Below are positions 19,355 through 29,361 of a stretch of 64,000 nt of DNA, in pieces. The notes under the pieces are model-generated. The model saw only the letters and a program-made list of their open reading frames with translations. It searched no databases and was not told the origin of the DNA. The DNA is from Vicinamibacteria bacterium (GTDB taxonomy: Bacteria > Acidobacteriota > Vicinamibacteria > Marinacidobacterales > Marinacidobacteraceae): contig OZ241322.1 of the NCBI GenBank assembly GCA_965199715.1, forward strand, positions 1,728,001 through 1,792,000, given 5' to 3'. How positions within the stretch are numbered: position 1 is the stretch's first letter; each line of letters opens with the position of its first letter. Both the position numbers and the translations under genes were made by a program.

Positions 19355-21532
19355 ATGCTCGACCTGATGCTCCCCCGCCTCGCCGGTCTCGTCTTCCTCG
19401 GCCTTCTCGCCGCCGCGCCGGGCTTCGCGCAGAGCGAGGATGAGCTGATCGAGCGGCTTCCCGAGCGGCACCGGGTCTGGCTCGAGGAAGAGGTCATCTA
19501 CATCATCACGGACCGCGAGAAGCGCACCTTCCTCGAGCTTTCCTCCGAGATCGAGCGCGACGCCTTCGTCGGGGCGTTCTGGCGGAAGCGGGACCTCAAC
19601 CCCTCGACCCCCGAGAACGAGTTCCGGACCGAGCACTACGCCCGCATCGACCACGTGAACAACTGGTTCGGGCGCGACACCTTCCGCAAGGGCTGGCAGA
19701 CCGACCGGGGCCGCTACTACATCCTGCTCGGCCCGCCGCGCTCCATCCAGAACTACGAGGCCCGCGACGAGATCTACCCGACCGAGCTCTGGTTCTACAA
19801 CAACTCGGAGCTGAAGCGGTTCGGCTTGCCGGCGTTCTTCTACCTGCTCTTCTGGCGGCGGCACGGCATCGGCGAACTCCAGCTCTACGACCCGATCGCG
19901 GACGGCCCCCCGGCGCTGCTGACAGGGTACCAGCCCGAGCGGCGCGATTTCCGCGACGAGGTCGAGCGCGCCTACGAGGTCCTCTACGAGTTCGATCCCG
20001 AAGTCGCGAACGCGGCCATGTCGTTCCGCACCGACGAGCAGGACATCACCCGCTTCCAGGCGGTGCCGTTCGGGAGCCTGTCGCTGCTGCAGGACATCCA
20101 CGACGTGCCCTTCGTCGGGCTCGACGACAGCTACGCGGACCGGCTCGACTTCGAGAACGGCGCGATCGAGGCCGACTACTTGTTCACCTACGTGCCCGGC
20201 CACGGCGCGATGGCGATCCTGCCCGGCCCGGAGGGCGCGTCGTTCCTCCACTGGGTCATCGACATCGACGCCCAGCACAACTCGTTCGTCCGCAACGAGG
20301 ATCGCGGGACCTTCGACACGTCGTACATCGGTTCGGTGGAGGTCGTGCTCCGGGACGACCCGGAAACCGTGGTCACCGAGTTCCGCCAAGAGTCCTTCGT
20401 CTCGCTGAGCGAATCCGAGCGGGGCGCGCTCCACCGTCCGTTCTCGTGGTCCGGCCTCCTGCCGCTGGTCCCCGGGAGCCATACCGTGCGGATCGTGCTG
20501 AGGAACCGCGCCTGCGGCTCCCGCGACGAGTCCGAATGCGCGAAGAGCTACACGCTGGTCGAGGGCGACGTCTCGGTTCTCGGCGCCGGCGCCGGTCCGG
20601 GCCTTTCCGACCTCGTGCTCGGCAAGCGGTTCGAGGAGGCGGACCCCGCCTATCGCCCGTTCCGGATGGCGGTCTCCGAAGGCGTGATCCCCAACCCGCA
20701 GGGCGTGTACACGGTCGGGTCCAACTTCGTCGCCGCGCTCGTGCCCCGCGACCCGCCCGAGGGATCCACGGTGCGGTTCCGGGTTCTGAGCCGAGAGCCG
20801 CTCTCCGACGGCGAAGTGCGGCTCGAGCGGAGCGTCGAGGCCCGGATCGAGCCCGCCCGGGGGATGGTCTCGCTGGACATGCCGCTGCTCGACCTCGAGG
20901 CGGCGCGGTACGAGGTGGAGGCGACGCTGCTCGATCCCGCCGGCGAGGCGCTCGACGCCCGCCGCGCCGCGTTCTCGATCTCGCCCCGGGGCGACCTGCT
21001 GGACGCCGGGTTCCGCGGCGTCCTGCTGCCCTACGGCCCCGAGAATCCGGGCCTCACGAGCCTCGCGCTTGGCGAGCAGCTCGTCGCGCTCGAGCGGTCC
21101 GCCTCGGCGCGGGCGGTGCTGGAGCACGCCATCCAGACCGCGCCGCGCCTCGGCCGGGCGCGGGAGCTGCTCGCCGGCCTGGAGGCTGAGGCGGGGAACC
21201 TGGACCGAGTCGTCGAGCTGCTAGAACCGGTGTACGCCGAGGTGCGGGACCGCTACGAGGTGCTCCGGGTGCTGGGCGAGGCCTACTTCCGGCTGCAGCG
21301 CTTCGAGGACGCGGATGCGCTGCTCGGCAGGGCGTTCGCGATCCGGAACCCGGACGCCGGCGGGCTGAACATGCTCGGGCTGGCGCGCTTCCAAGTCTCG
21401 GATTTCGACGGGGCGCAGGAAGCGTTCGAGCGGTCGCTCGGGCTGGACGCCGAGCAGCCGCAGGTCCGCGAGGCGCTGGACCGGGTCGAGGAAGCCCGGC
21501 GCGCCGCGTCCGGCGCCGTCCCCCGCGGCTGA
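19355..21532 (+). CDS. GWxTD domain-containing protein with C-terminal TPRs (alternative start ATG 19367)
   Basis: WLEEEVIYII, FWRKRD, GWQTDRGRYYILLGPP. Confidence 0.9.
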   Translation: MLDLMLPRLAGLVFLGLLAAAPGFAQSEDELIERLPERHRVWLEEEVIYIITDREKRTFLELSSEIERDAFVGAFWRKRDLNPSTPENEFRTEHYARIDHVNNWFGRDTFRKGWQTDRGRYYILLGPPRSIQNYEARDEIYPTELWFYNNSELKRFGLPAFFYLLFWRRHGIGELQLYDPIADGPPALLTGYQPERRDFRDEVERAYEVLYEFDPEVANAAMSFRTDEQDITRFQAVPFGSLSLLQDIHDVPFVGLDDSYADRLDFENGAIEADYLFTYVPGHGAMAILPGPEGASFLHWVIDIDAQHNSFVRNEDRGTFDTSYIGSVEVVLRDDPETVVTEFRQESFVSLSESERGALHRPFSWSGLLPLVPGSHTVRIVLRNRACGSRDESECAKSYTLVEGDVSVLGAGAGPGLSDLVLGKRFEEADPAYRPFRMAVSEGVIPNPQGVYTVGSNFVAALVPRDPPEGSTVRFRVLSREPLSDGEVRLERSVEARIEPARGMVSLDMPLLDLEAARYEVEATLLDPAGEALDARRAAFSISPRGDLLDAGFRGVLLPYGPENPGLTSLALGEQLVALERSASARAVLEHAIQTAPRLGRARELLAGLEAEAGNLDRVVELLEPVYAEVRDRYEVLRVLGEAYFRLQRFEDADALLGRAFAIRNPDAGGLNMLGLARFQVSDFDGAQEAFERSLGLDAEQPQVREALDRVEEARRAASGAVPRG

Positions 21533-21544
21533 CCGCCGGCCGCG

Positions 21545-21709
21545 TCAGTCGCGGAACAGCACGATCGCCCAGCCGACGACGTTGCCGATAATGAGGACTG
21601 CGACGCGTATGCGTCCCACGTTGTTCCAGAACCGGGCGCTGCGTGCGGTCCGCTCCCGCACGGCGCGCCGCTCATCGCGGGACATGCCCTCGAAGTCCGT
21701 GAATCCCAT
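21545..21709 (-). CDS. Small membrane protein, hypothetical
   Basis: 54 aa ORF with single C-terminal TM helix. Confidence 0.45.
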   Translation of the reverse strand: MGFTDFEGMSRDERRAVRERTARSARFWNNVGRIRVAVLIIGNVVGWAIVLFRD

Positions 21710-21714
21710 GGCGG

Positions 21715-22041
21715 TCAGCGCAACATCCGCGCGATTGCGATGAGCAGGCCGGCGATCGCGAACGTCTGGAGCAACGGCGCCCGATTGAGGCTCTTGCCCA
21801 TTTCCCCGCGGAGCTGCTTCAGGCCGCCCCGCAGGTCGGCGCGGAGCCCCTTCACTTCGCCCTGCATCTCGGCGCGCGACACCGCCATCTCGGCCCGGAG
21901 CCGGGCCGCGAGCCCATCCAGCGCGGCCTGCAACATCTCCGGCGTGACCTGGCGCTCGGCGAATTCGCGGAAGATCTCCGCGATCGCCTCGGCCTGACGG
22001 GCGTCCGTCATGTTCCGGACCGTGCCCAGCGTATTGAGCAC
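21715..22041 (-). CDS. DUF1640-like coiled-coil protein with C-terminal TM
   Basis: QAEAIA motif, heptad region, hydrophobic C-terminus. Confidence 0.6.
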   Translation of the reverse strand: MLNTLGTVRNMTDARQAEAIAEIFREFAERQVTPEMLQAALDGLAARLRAEMAVSRAEMQGEVKGLRADLRGGLKQLRGEMGKSLNRAPLLQTFAIAGLLIAIARMLR

Positions 22042-22151
22042 AGCGAAATTCCTCCCTCGGGACCGTCAAGAACCCTTGTCTGATTCCCGGCCACGAGACG
22101 CTCGTGGAGGACTGCGATCGGCAGAGCGGAGTTCGGGGACGCCAGCACGGC

Positions 22152-23327
22152 GTGACGTGGTCGCGGAACTACCGGATCGGGGCCCGCACGGACCTCGTCT
22201 GGATCGTCCTTTCCGCCGGAATCGGCTGGCTCTACCTCGCCCTGATCCTCGCCGCGGGACGCGGACTCGAGTCCCCGCTGACCGACCCGTTCTGGACTCC
22301 CACGATCGGCGGCGCGGCGATCCCGCTCAGCCTCGGGCTGGTCGTGGTGGCGACGTGGGCGATCCTGCTGGACGCGCCGCACCTGTTCGCGACGCTCGCC
22401 CGCACCGTGCTCGACCCGAAGGAATGGCGCGTGCGGGGCGGCTTGTTCCTCGCCTCGTTCGGCTTCTTCCTGCTCGGCCCGGCGCTCATCCTCGGCCCCC
22501 GGCTGTTTTTCCCGCCCCGGTACGCGGCGCTCGGCGACCTCGCCTTCCTCGGGTTCTTTCGGCTGTGGGCGTAGTGCCACGTTGTCCGCCAGCACTGGGG
22601 GTTCCTGCGCCTCTACGCGCGGCGCAACCCCGAGTCCGAGGACGCGGCCGAGGCGCGGGCGGACCGGATCGCGTTTCCGCTGATGTTCTACCTGCCGGTC
22701 GCGTGGTACCTGACCGTCCCCTGGTACGCCGAGACCGGGATGCCCGACCTCGGCCTCGCCGGCGCCGGGATTCACGACGCGGTCGGCGCGCTCTGGCTGC
22801 CGGCGGTCGGCGGCTACGCGCTCTTCCAGTGGCGATGCCTGCGCGCGGGGAAGCCGCGCAACCTCCCCAAGCTGCTGCTCCTCGCCGCGACCGTTCCCCT
22901 GCACGCGGCGGCGTTCTCGAGCCCGCTGCTCGCGCTTTTCGTCGTGCCGCTCGTCACCGCGGGCCACAACATCCAGTACCACCGCTTCGTCTGGGACTAC
23001 GGCCGCAAGCGCTACCGAGGCGGCCGAAGCCTCGCGGCGGGGTCGTTCCGGAACCCGTTCCTCTATCTCGCCCTCGGGTTCACCTTCCTCGCGTACCGGG
23101 GGCCGCTCGTGACCTGGTTCGCCGCGCTCGGCGCGTCGTTCCTCGACGAGGTCGCGCTGCCGTTGGCGGGCCTGATGGCGGGCGCGCCGGGAAGCGCCGG
23201 CGGGCAGGCAGTCGCCGCCGCGATCCTCGGCTGGGCCATGCAGCACTACTGGCTGGATGCCCGGATCTGGCGGGTCTCGAAGGACGAACGGCTGCGGCGG
23301 ATCCTCAGAACGCCTTCAACCACGTGA
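22152..23327 (+). pseudogene. His-motif polytopic membrane protein interrupted by one in-frame TAG (22572-22574)
   Basis: Both ORF halves share a frame; motifs DAPHLFAT, HVVRQHWG, GHNIQYH, QHYWLDARIW. Confidence 0.75.
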
Positions 23328-25395
23328 GCTTGGCGACTGCGGTCCGGCGGGTCCAGCGCTCGATCCGCGGGTCCAGGGCGTCGTCGGTGAGGTAGCCGGT
23401 GTCGAGCACGAGGAACAGGTCGCTCCCCGGGGTGTGGATCCAGTCCACCCGGACGTTCGCCTGAAGCTCCTTCGACAGATTGTCCCACTGGAGGAGCGCG
23501 CCGGCGAAGAGCTTGCGGCTGACCGCGCCGTCGATGTTGAGCCCGACGAGCGTCGCGCTGAAGTCGCCGTCGGGAACCGGCAGCGACACTCGGTTGCGCG
23601 TCGCCGTCGCCTGCACGGTCAGGTAGGGCCCGGTCTTCACGACGAGGCCGCCGCCGATCCGGGTGCGGTCTCCGCCCCAGAACCCCCCGGTCGATCCGGA
23701 GACGAAGGTCGCGACCGCCCGGCTGTCGTTCGTCTGGGCGCTGAGCTCCCACGAGCGAAACTCGTAGTCGCCCGTCGCGAGCTCCCGCCCGCTGATGGAC
23801 GCCGGGCGTCCGATGCGCTCGAACCGGTCGTTCATGCTGAACTTGAACCCGTCCCCCGACTCCAACTGGAACGCGCCGTAGGCGACCGCCTCGCGGGACT
23901 GGAGCTCCCCGTCGGTTCCCGCCACCCAGTCCGCCGACGCGCCGAGGTCGGCCTGCCGGGCCCAGTCGCTCCCCTCGAAACGGGGCGTTACCCCGCCGCT
24001 GAGCGACCAGCGGTCTTGGTCGCGGCGGCGCACGAACCCGAGCGCGGGCGCGAACTCCCGCCCGACCCGGAGCCGCCGCACCTCAAGCGCGTAGCGGTCG
24101 TTCCGGAGCCGCAGCTCCCCCTCGCCCGCGGAGGCGTCCTCGGCTTCGAACACCCGCGCCCCCCACAGCCGGAGCGAGCTGCTGCTGAAGAATCGCGTCG
24201 TGAAGTCCGCTCCGGCGGCGCGGCTGCCCGCTGCGCCGTGCGGGTCGAGGCTCGTGGCGATCGCGCCCACGGTGGTGCGCTCGCCGGGATTGCCCTCCAG
24301 CCGCAGTACCGAGTTCCAGGCGTTCTCGGTCCGCAGCGCGAGCGCCCCGACCGAGATCGGCCCGGCCTGGCCGGTCAGCCTCCCGCCGCCGAGGATGTCG
24401 TCCTCGAGCCCGATCCTCCGGCTGAAGAAGACCTCGACCTCCTGCGGCCGCCCGAACCGGAAGAGCCCGGCGCGCTCGAGGAAGAACTCGCGCTTCTCGG
24501 GGAAGAACAGGTCGAAGCGCGTCAGGTTGATCTGGACGTTGTCCGCCTCGACCTGCGCGAAGTCGGTGTTCCAGGTCAGGTCGAGGTTGAGGTTCGACGT
24601 GAGGCCGTACTTCACGTCGAGCCCCAGCTTCGACTCGCGCTCGAATCCCTCGCCGCCGGCCGCCTGCGCTCCGAGCGTCCCGAACGGCTTCACTTCGAGC
24701 CGCTGGCCGCGCCGCACGTCCTTCAGTCCGACGAGCGTGGCGTACCGGGAGACCTGCGCGATGCCGGAGCGGTACTCGCGCCCGATGTGCGGCCAGACGG
24801 CCGTCTCGTTCTTGCGCCGGATCGAGCGCTGGAACGCGATCCCCATGACCGGCTCGGCGACGTCGGCGAAGCGGATCGTGGTGAACGGGATCGCCATCTC
24901 CAGCGTCCAGCCGTCCTCGTCCACGGTGGTCTCGGTGGTGAAGACCCCGTCCCAGTTCCAGTCCTCCCGGTCGAGCCGCTCGTCGGAGAGCAGCGCGTCG
25001 TCCTGCGTCCCGAGCGCCCCCACCTCGAAGATGTAGGCGTTGCGCCGGTCGAAGTAGGTGTCGAGGCCGATGATGACCCGGTCGTCCTTGTCGATGCGCC
25101 CGCCCCGATGCAGGATCGCCCGCCGGATCCGCTCCGGCTCCGAGTCGAGGAACCGGAACCCGAAGTAGAGCGCGCGCTCGTCGTAGGCGATCCGCACCTC
25201 GGTCCGCTCGCTCGCCGGCGCGCCGTCCACCGGGTCGCGCTGGCGGAAGCCGGTCACCGGCTCGATCGCGGCCCAGAACGGCTCGTCGAGAACGCCGTCC
25301 ACCCGGGCCGGGGTCTCGATGCGGACGGCCCGAACCTCCTGCGCCGCGGCCGGCGCCCCGAGGAGGAGCGCGGCCGCCGCGACCCTGAGGATCAA
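23305..25395 (-). CDS. CBM9-like/DUF5916 outer-membrane-type protein
   Basis: VDGVLDEPFW, TEVRIAYD, NTDFAQVEAD, FFPEKREFFLE, C-terminal Phe; TTGA overlap. Confidence 0.85.
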   Translation of the reverse strand: MILRVAAAALLLGAPAAAQEVRAVRIETPARVDGVLDEPFWAAIEPVTGFRQRDPVDGAPASERTEVRIAYDERALYFGFRFLDSEPERIRRAILHRGGRIDKDDRVIIGLDTYFDRRNAYIFEVGALGTQDDALLSDERLDREDWNWDGVFTTETTVDEDGWTLEMAIPFTTIRFADVAEPVMGIAFQRSIRRKNETAVWPHIGREYRSGIAQVSRYATLVGLKDVRRGQRLEVKPFGTLGAQAAGGEGFERESKLGLDVKYGLTSNLNLDLTWNTDFAQVEADNVQINLTRFDLFFPEKREFFLERAGLFRFGRPQEVEVFFSRRIGLEDDILGGGRLTGQAGPISVGALALRTENAWNSVLRLEGNPGERTTVGAIATSLDPHGAAGSRAAGADFTTRFFSSSSLRLWGARVFEAEDASAGEGELRLRNDRYALEVRRLRVGREFAPALGFVRRRDQDRWSLSGGVTPRFEGSDWARQADLGASADWVAGTDGELQSREAVAYGAFQLESGDGFKFSMNDRFERIGRPASISGRELATGDYEFRSWELSAQTNDSRAVATFVSGSTGGFWGGDRTRIGGGLVVKTGPYLTVQATATRNRVSLPVPDGDFSATLVGLNIDGAVSRKLFAGALLQWDNLSKELQANVRVDWIHTPGSDLFLVLDTGYLTDDALDPRIERWTRRTAVAKLTWLKAF

Positions 25396-26393
25396 TGGGC
25401 GAGCGCCAACCCCCACGGCGATGCGCCGACCGCGATGCGATCCACGACCTCGAGCGTGGCGGCGTCCACCACGCTCACGTCGTTCGACGGCCCGTTCGCG
25501 GTGAAAAGCCACTTTCCATCGCTGGAAACGACGACGCCCCACGGACGTTCCCCAACTTCGACGTTCGCGACCACCTCGCCGCTCGCGAGATCGACGACCG
25601 AGAGCGTCTTCGCCCGTCCGTTCGCCACGTAGAGCGTTCCGGCGTCCGGCGAGAGCGCGACCCCCATGCTGAGCGAGCCCTCGGGCATCATGAAGGTGCG
25701 GCTGACCCGGTGCTCGGCGACGACGATCTCGGAGACCGAGCCGCCGATTTCGGCGGAGACGTACGCGAGTCGGCCGTCGGGGGTGAACACCGCGTCGCGC
25801 GGGCGGTGGCCCACGCCGATCCGGGCGAGCTCGTCGCCGGTGCGCGTGTCCAGCACGGTCACGTCGTGATCGGTCTCGCCGGTCACGTAGGCGAGGCGTC
25901 CGTCCGGGCTGATGCGGACGCCCTCGGGCTCGGCCCCGACCGGCACCGTCCGGAAGATCTCCCCGGTGTCGAGATCGACGAGGCTGGCCTCGTCCGAGTC
26001 CTCGTTGGAGACGACGATGCGCCTTCCGTCGGGAGTGACGTCGAAGGTCTCCGGATCGGAGCCGCCCGGCAGCGTGCGCGTGCGCACCCGCCGGGCCAGA
26101 TCCACTTCGGCGACGCCGTCGAACGACTTGTCCGCCTCGCCGCATCCCTCCTCGTCGATCCACGGCGGGCACTTCGGCGAACCCGAGACCGCGACGTAGG
26201 CGAACTGGCCGCCGGGGGCGACCCGCACGCCGCGCGGCCGCCGCCCCACCTCGATCTCGGCCACCGTCTCGCGGGTTTCTAGGGACACGAGGCTGAGCGT
26301 CCCGTCGTCCTCGTTGGTGACGAGCAGCAGCGGACCTTCGGGCGCCGGCCCGCAGGCGGCGGCCAGGAGGGCCAGCCCCGCGAGCGACCTCAC
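25392..26393 (-). CDS. YVTN-type beta-propeller lipoprotein (PQQ catabolism-associated-like)
   Basis: LAAAC lipobox; repeats VGxxPxGVxxSPDG-YVT/YVAN. Confidence 0.85.
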   Translation of the reverse strand: MRSLAGLALLAAACGPAPEGPLLLVTNEDDGTLSLVSLETRETVAEIEVGRRPRGVRVAPGGQFAYVAVSGSPKCPPWIDEEGCGEADKSFDGVAEVDLARRVRTRTLPGGSDPETFDVTPDGRRIVVSNEDSDEASLVDLDTGEIFRTVPVGAEPEGVRISPDGRLAYVTGETDHDVTVLDTRTGDELARIGVGHRPRDAVFTPDGRLAYVSAEIGGSVSEIVVAEHRVSRTFMMPEGSLSMGVALSPDAGTLYVANGRAKTLSVVDLASGEVVANVEVGERPWGVVVSSDGKWLFTANGPSNDVSVVDAATLEVVDRIAVGASPWGLALAH

Positions 26394-27979
26394 TCGGGAG
26401 CGAGCCCGAAGGTGAGGACCGACTGGCCGGCGGCCACGGAGATGAACTGCTCGCCGTCGATCGCGAAGCTCATCGGCGCGGCGCGGATGCCGCCGCCCGC
26501 GTAGAAGTCCCACAGCGCCTCCCCGGTGTCGGCGTCGAGCGCGAAGACGTTGCCCTCGAGCGTTCCCGAGACGACCACGCCGGTGGCGGTGGACATGACT
26601 CCCGAGACCGCCGGGGTCAACTGCACGAACTCCCACTCGAGGTCGCCGGTGATCGCGTTCAGCGCCCGGACCGCGCCGTAGGTCTCGTCGGCGTCGGGCC
26701 GCCGCTCGCCGCCGCCGAGGAACGGCGTCCCGGGCGCGTACTCGGCCTCGCTCTTGAAGTAGATAGAGGCCATTTCGCGGGTCGGGACGTAGAGCAGGCC
26801 CCGGTTCGGGTCGTACGACGGGCTGTACCAGTTCGTGGAGCCGGCGAGGCTCGGCCACACGAGCGTGCCCTCCTCGCTCGGCGAGGTGTTCGGGATTCGC
26901 ACCGGGCGGCCGTTCTCGTCGATCCGCTCCGCCCACGTCTGGGTGGAGTACTGGGCGGCGCGCAGGAACTGGCCGGTCTCGCGGTCGAGCACGTAGTAGA
27001 AGGCGTTGCGGTTGGCGAGGATCACGAGCTTTCGCATCGCGCCGTCCCACTCGGCGTCCACGAGCACCGGGATCTGGTTGGCGTCCCAGTCGTGGACGTC
27101 GTGGGGCGTGAACTGGAAGTGCCAGCGGAGCTCGCCGGTGTTCACGTCGAGCGCCACGAGCGAGTCGGTGTAGAGGTTGTCGCCGGGCCGAGAGTCGCCG
27201 TTCCAGTCGGGGGCGGGGTTCCCGATACCCCAGTAGAGGAGGCCGAGGTCCGGATCGAAGGCGCCGGTCAGCCACGTGGCGCCGCCGCCGGTCTTCCAAC
27301 TGTCGCCGCCCCAGGTGTCGTTGCCCGGCTCGCCCTCGCCGGGGACCGAGTACCAGCGCCAGACGCGCTCGCCGGTCGCCGCGTCGTAGGCGTCGAGGAA
27401 CCCGCGCACGCCGGCCTCGCCGCCGCTCATGCCGACGATCACCTTGCCGTCCACCGCGAGAGGGGCCGCGGTGATCGCGTAGCCGAGCTTGTTGTCCGCC
27501 ATCGGAACCCGCCAGCGGACGTCGCCGGTCGTGCGGTCGAGCGCGACCACGAAGGCGTCGAGGGTCCCGAAGAACACCGAGTCGCCGAGGACGGCCACGC
27601 CGCGGTTCACGCGCGGGAAGCCGATGTTGAGCGTCTCGTCGGGAACGCCGGGGTCGTGCCGCCAGAGACGCCGGCCGGTGCGGGCGTCGAGCGCGGCGAT
27701 CGTGCTCGGCGGCTCGGCGACGTACATGACGCCGCCCACGACGATCGGAGTGACCTCCACCCGTCCGGAGCCGCTGGTCTGGTAGATCCACTCGGGGCGC
27801 AGGCGGGCGACGTTCTCGCGAGTGATCCCGTCGAGGCGGGTGAAGCGCTCGGCGCGGTAGTTGCCCGAGTAGGTGAGCCAGTTCTCCGGCGTCTCGTCGG
27901 CGCGCACGAGGTCGGAGTAGGAGGTCTGCGCCGCCGCCGGAGCGGCGAGCAGGATCGAGATCGCGAGAATTCGGTTCAT
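26390..27979 (-). CDS. PQQ-dependent dehydrogenase family (alcohol dehydrogenase-like) periplasmic protein
   Basis: NWLTYSGNY, GVRGFLDAYD, GNPAPDW, PHDVHDWD, Trp-docking repeats. Confidence 0.9.
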   Translation of the reverse strand: MNRILAISILLAAPAAAQTSYSDLVRADETPENWLTYSGNYRAERFTRLDGITRENVARLRPEWIYQTSGSGRVEVTPIVVGGVMYVAEPPSTIAALDARTGRRLWRHDPGVPDETLNIGFPRVNRGVAVLGDSVFFGTLDAFVVALDRTTGDVRWRVPMADNKLGYAITAAPLAVDGKVIVGMSGGEAGVRGFLDAYDAATGERVWRWYSVPGEGEPGNDTWGGDSWKTGGGATWLTGAFDPDLGLLYWGIGNPAPDWNGDSRPGDNLYTDSLVALDVNTGELRWHFQFTPHDVHDWDANQIPVLVDAEWDGAMRKLVILANRNAFYYVLDRETGQFLRAAQYSTQTWAERIDENGRPVRIPNTSPSEEGTLVWPSLAGSTNWYSPSYDPNRGLLYVPTREMASIYFKSEAEYAPGTPFLGGGERRPDADETYGAVRALNAITGDLEWEFVQLTPAVSGVMSTATGVVVSGTLEGNVFALDADTGEALWDFYAGGGIRAAPMSFAIDGEQFISVAAGQSVLTFGLAPE

Positions 27980-28770
27980 TCCGGGTCGTTTCCTTCCGCT
28001 CCCCGGAGCGTGGCGAGATACGCGACGAGATCGTCCAGTTCCGTATCGGTGAACCCCTCGTAGCTCATCATGAGGCTCTCGTCCGGGAGCCGCTTGACTT
28101 CCCGAACCTCGTTCTTGCGGAACGAGCGGATGCGGCCGGCTTCGTCGAGCAACTGGATGCTGAACGTGTCCTCGTTCATCCGGACGCCCATGATCTGGGC
28201 GCCGCCGGCGTCCTCGACCAGAACCGTGCGATAGCGCGGCGAGACGAACGCCGACGGATCCGCGATGGCCTCGCGCAGGTAGGCGCTTCCCCGCAACATG
28301 CCGACCTCGGAGAGGTCCGGCCCGAAGGCGATTCCCTGGCCGTTCACGACGTGGCAGTTGTCGCACAGCGTCGCAGCGTAGAGCTCCCGCCCGGCCGCCG
28401 GATCGCCCGGCAGATCCTCCCGGGGCGCGACGCCGAGCGAGCGGACGTAGGCCGAGACGTTGCGGATCTCGAGGGTGTTGAGCGAGCCGTGCCCCGGCAT
28501 GTCGGTGCCCGCGATCCCGTTGTCCACGATCTCGATGAGCGCCGCGTCGGTTCGGGACCGGCGCAGGTTCTCTCGCATCAGGTTCGGCCCCTCGCCGCCC
28601 ACGCCGTCGAGGCCGTGGCAGCGGGCGCAGTGCACTTCGAAGATCCGCTTCCCGTGCTCGATCGCGTCGGAAGCGGCCTCCGAGAGCGGCGGCTGGGCCG
28701 CCGCCGCCGGCGCGAGGAGCAGGGCCGCGGCGAGGAATCCCCGGCCAGGGAGATGATGGCGTGTTCGCAT
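27976..28770 (-). CDS. Diheme c-type cytochrome
   Basis: CARCH and CDNCH; GPNL/GPDL; signal peptide; ATGA overlap with dehydrogenase. Confidence 0.9.
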   Translation of the reverse strand: MRTRHHLPGRGFLAAALLLAPAAAAQPPLSEAASDAIEHGKRIFEVHCARCHGLDGVGGEGPNLMRENLRRSRTDAALIEIVDNGIAGTDMPGHGSLNTLEIRNVSAYVRSLGVAPREDLPGDPAAGRELYAATLCDNCHVVNGQGIAFGPDLSEVGMLRGSAYLREAIADPSAFVSPRYRTVLVEDAGGAQIMGVRMNEDTFSIQLLDEAGRIRSFRKNEVREVKRLPDESLMMSYEGFTDTELDDLVAYLATLRGAEGNDPE

Positions 28771-28940
28771 CGATGCGGCGACCTCCGGCTTCGGATCGTA
28801 CCAGCGGCGCCGGACGCGGCGGGGCCGCGAACGTCGCGCCGGCCGTTGGATCCAGAACACAAACTGTCACGGGCTGCGGCTACGGTGCGTCCGGCGGCGT
28901 CGCCCGCGCTCCCTCCCGCATCCGACCCACAGGACTGACC

Positions 28941-29324
28941 ATGACCATCCCGTCGCTTACTCTCGCAACCGCGCTCGGCCTGGCCGGCGCGGCCCCCTCC
29001 GCGCAGGCGGTCTCGGCGACCGACCTGATCAATGCGTTCGACCAGAACGAACTCCGCGCCGAGGCGCATTTCGAGGACAAGACCCTCGCGATCACCGGCC
29101 GAGTCGGCGACATCGCCACCGACCTGTTCGGCACGCCCTACGTCACGCTCGAGTCCGGCGACGACTTCCAGTTCCGGTCGGTGCAGTGCTTCTTCAGTCG
29201 CTCGGACAAGTCGCTGCTGGCGTCGCTGAATCCCGGCCAGCGGATCTCGTTCCGGGGTCGGGTCGATGGTCTCATGATGAACGTGCTGGTCAAGGACTGC
29301 TCGATCGTGCGGTCGCCCGGATAG
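28941..29324 (+). CDS. Secreted OB-fold (tRNA_anti-like) protein
   Basis: Signal peptide; NELRAEAHFEDKTLAITGRVGDI, VQCFF, LNPGQRI. Confidence 0.75.
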   Translation: MTIPSLTLATALGLAGAAPSAQAVSATDLINAFDQNELRAEAHFEDKTLAITGRVGDIATDLFGTPYVTLESGDDFQFRSVQCFFSRSDKSLLASLNPGQRISFRGRVDGLMMNVLVKDCSIVRSPG

Positions 29325-29361
29325 CTTCGATCCGCGCCGGATACGATCCAGAGGCCGACCG

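Noticed and set aside
11621-21127. Very long ORFs in the track (1371, 1204, 1089, 970 aa) as giant proteins
   Set aside because: Shadow or N-terminally over-extended frames caused by high GC; real genes occupy only parts of them
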